From Nostoc punctiforme PCC 73102 (lineage in GTDB: Bacteria; Cyanobacteriota; Cyanobacteriia; Cyanobacteriales; Nostocaceae), in assembly GCF_000020025.1 (NCBI RefSeq), contig NC_010628.1, forward strand, positions 4,440,001 to 4,472,000: a DNA stretch of 32,000 bases. Direction: 5' to 3'. The position numbers and the translations under genes are program-made. Under the pieces are notes generated by a model. It was not told the DNA's origin and made no database searches. It saw only the letters and a program-made list of their open reading frames with translations. Of the stretch, positions 31,849 through 32,000 are shown one piece after another; the first letter of the stretch is position 1, and each line of letters begins with the position of its first letter.

Positions 31849-32000
31849 CATCCACCTCAGAACTCCGTTCATCCACCTCGGAACTCCGTTCATCCACCTC
31901 GGAACTCCGTTAATCCATATCAGAACTCCGTTAATCCATATCAGAACTCCGTTCATCCACCTCGGAACTCCGTTAATCCACCTCGGAACTCCGTTAATCC
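31849..32000. repeat. 21-bp tandem repeat, at least 7 units, two sequence variants, truncated by the window end
   Basis: Units start at 31849, 31870, 31891, 31912, 31933, 31954 and 31975. Variant A is CATCCACCTCGGAACTCCGTT and variant B is AATCCATATCAGAACTCCGTT. Confidence 0.9.

Noticed and set aside
31744-31956. 70-aa minus-strand ORF with the heptad repeat NGVLIWI / NGVPRWM
   Set aside because: The periodicity is simply the 21-bp DNA tandem repeat read in frame. There is no start context and the composition is implausible for a protein.

Overview
This 32 kb window looks like chromosomal DNA from a heterocyst-forming (Nostocales-type) cyanobacterium. Three things seen directly support that. 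The HIP1 octamer GCGATCGC is heavily over-represented: I found more than a dozen perfect copies by eye (e.g. 229-236, 3842-3849, 4350-4357, and an overlapping pair at 14896-14909), where about one is expected by chance. There are heptameric STRR-type tandem repeats (TTGGTCA, AATTCGT). The gene content is photosynthetic and heterocyst-related.

Gene content, left to right:
- A hypothetical gene.
- A minus-strand terminal-oxidase operon: two DUF2231-like membrane genes, then ctaC-ctaD-ctaE. The CtaC lacks the CuA ligands, so this is an ARTO / quinol-oxidase-like enzyme.
- A very AT-rich divergent control region.
- A receiver-less CheB-like methylesterase followed by a REC-PAS-HK-REC hybrid kinase.
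- A DUF2237 gene.
- An AT-rich secreted-protein gene bracketed by about 60 bp direct repeats.
- psbA (a canonical D1 with E130).
- A decayed IS5/IS1182-like element.
- A 1466-aa multi-PAS/GAF hybrid kinase.
- A membrane-anchored hypothetical, an S8 peptidase with a polytopic C-terminal domain, a small ORF and a thioredoxin-like gene.
- A 1.3 kb tandem array of about 9 small-RNA units on the minus strand, directly upstream of and divergent from a CHAT-domain protease gene (hetF).
- A TIR-domain remnant truncated by an IS4-like element.
- A Uma2-family endonuclease gene.
- murT-gatD (lipid II isoglutaminyl synthase).
- A 21-bp tandem repeat that runs off the window end.

The most striking non-coding structure is the sRNA array. 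Each unit carries its own promoter motif and terminator. From memory it matches the published NsiR1/hetF arrangement, so it is probably known biology rather than a new system. No tRNA, rRNA or CRISPR was found. All functional calls rest on motif recognition by eye; no database search was possible.
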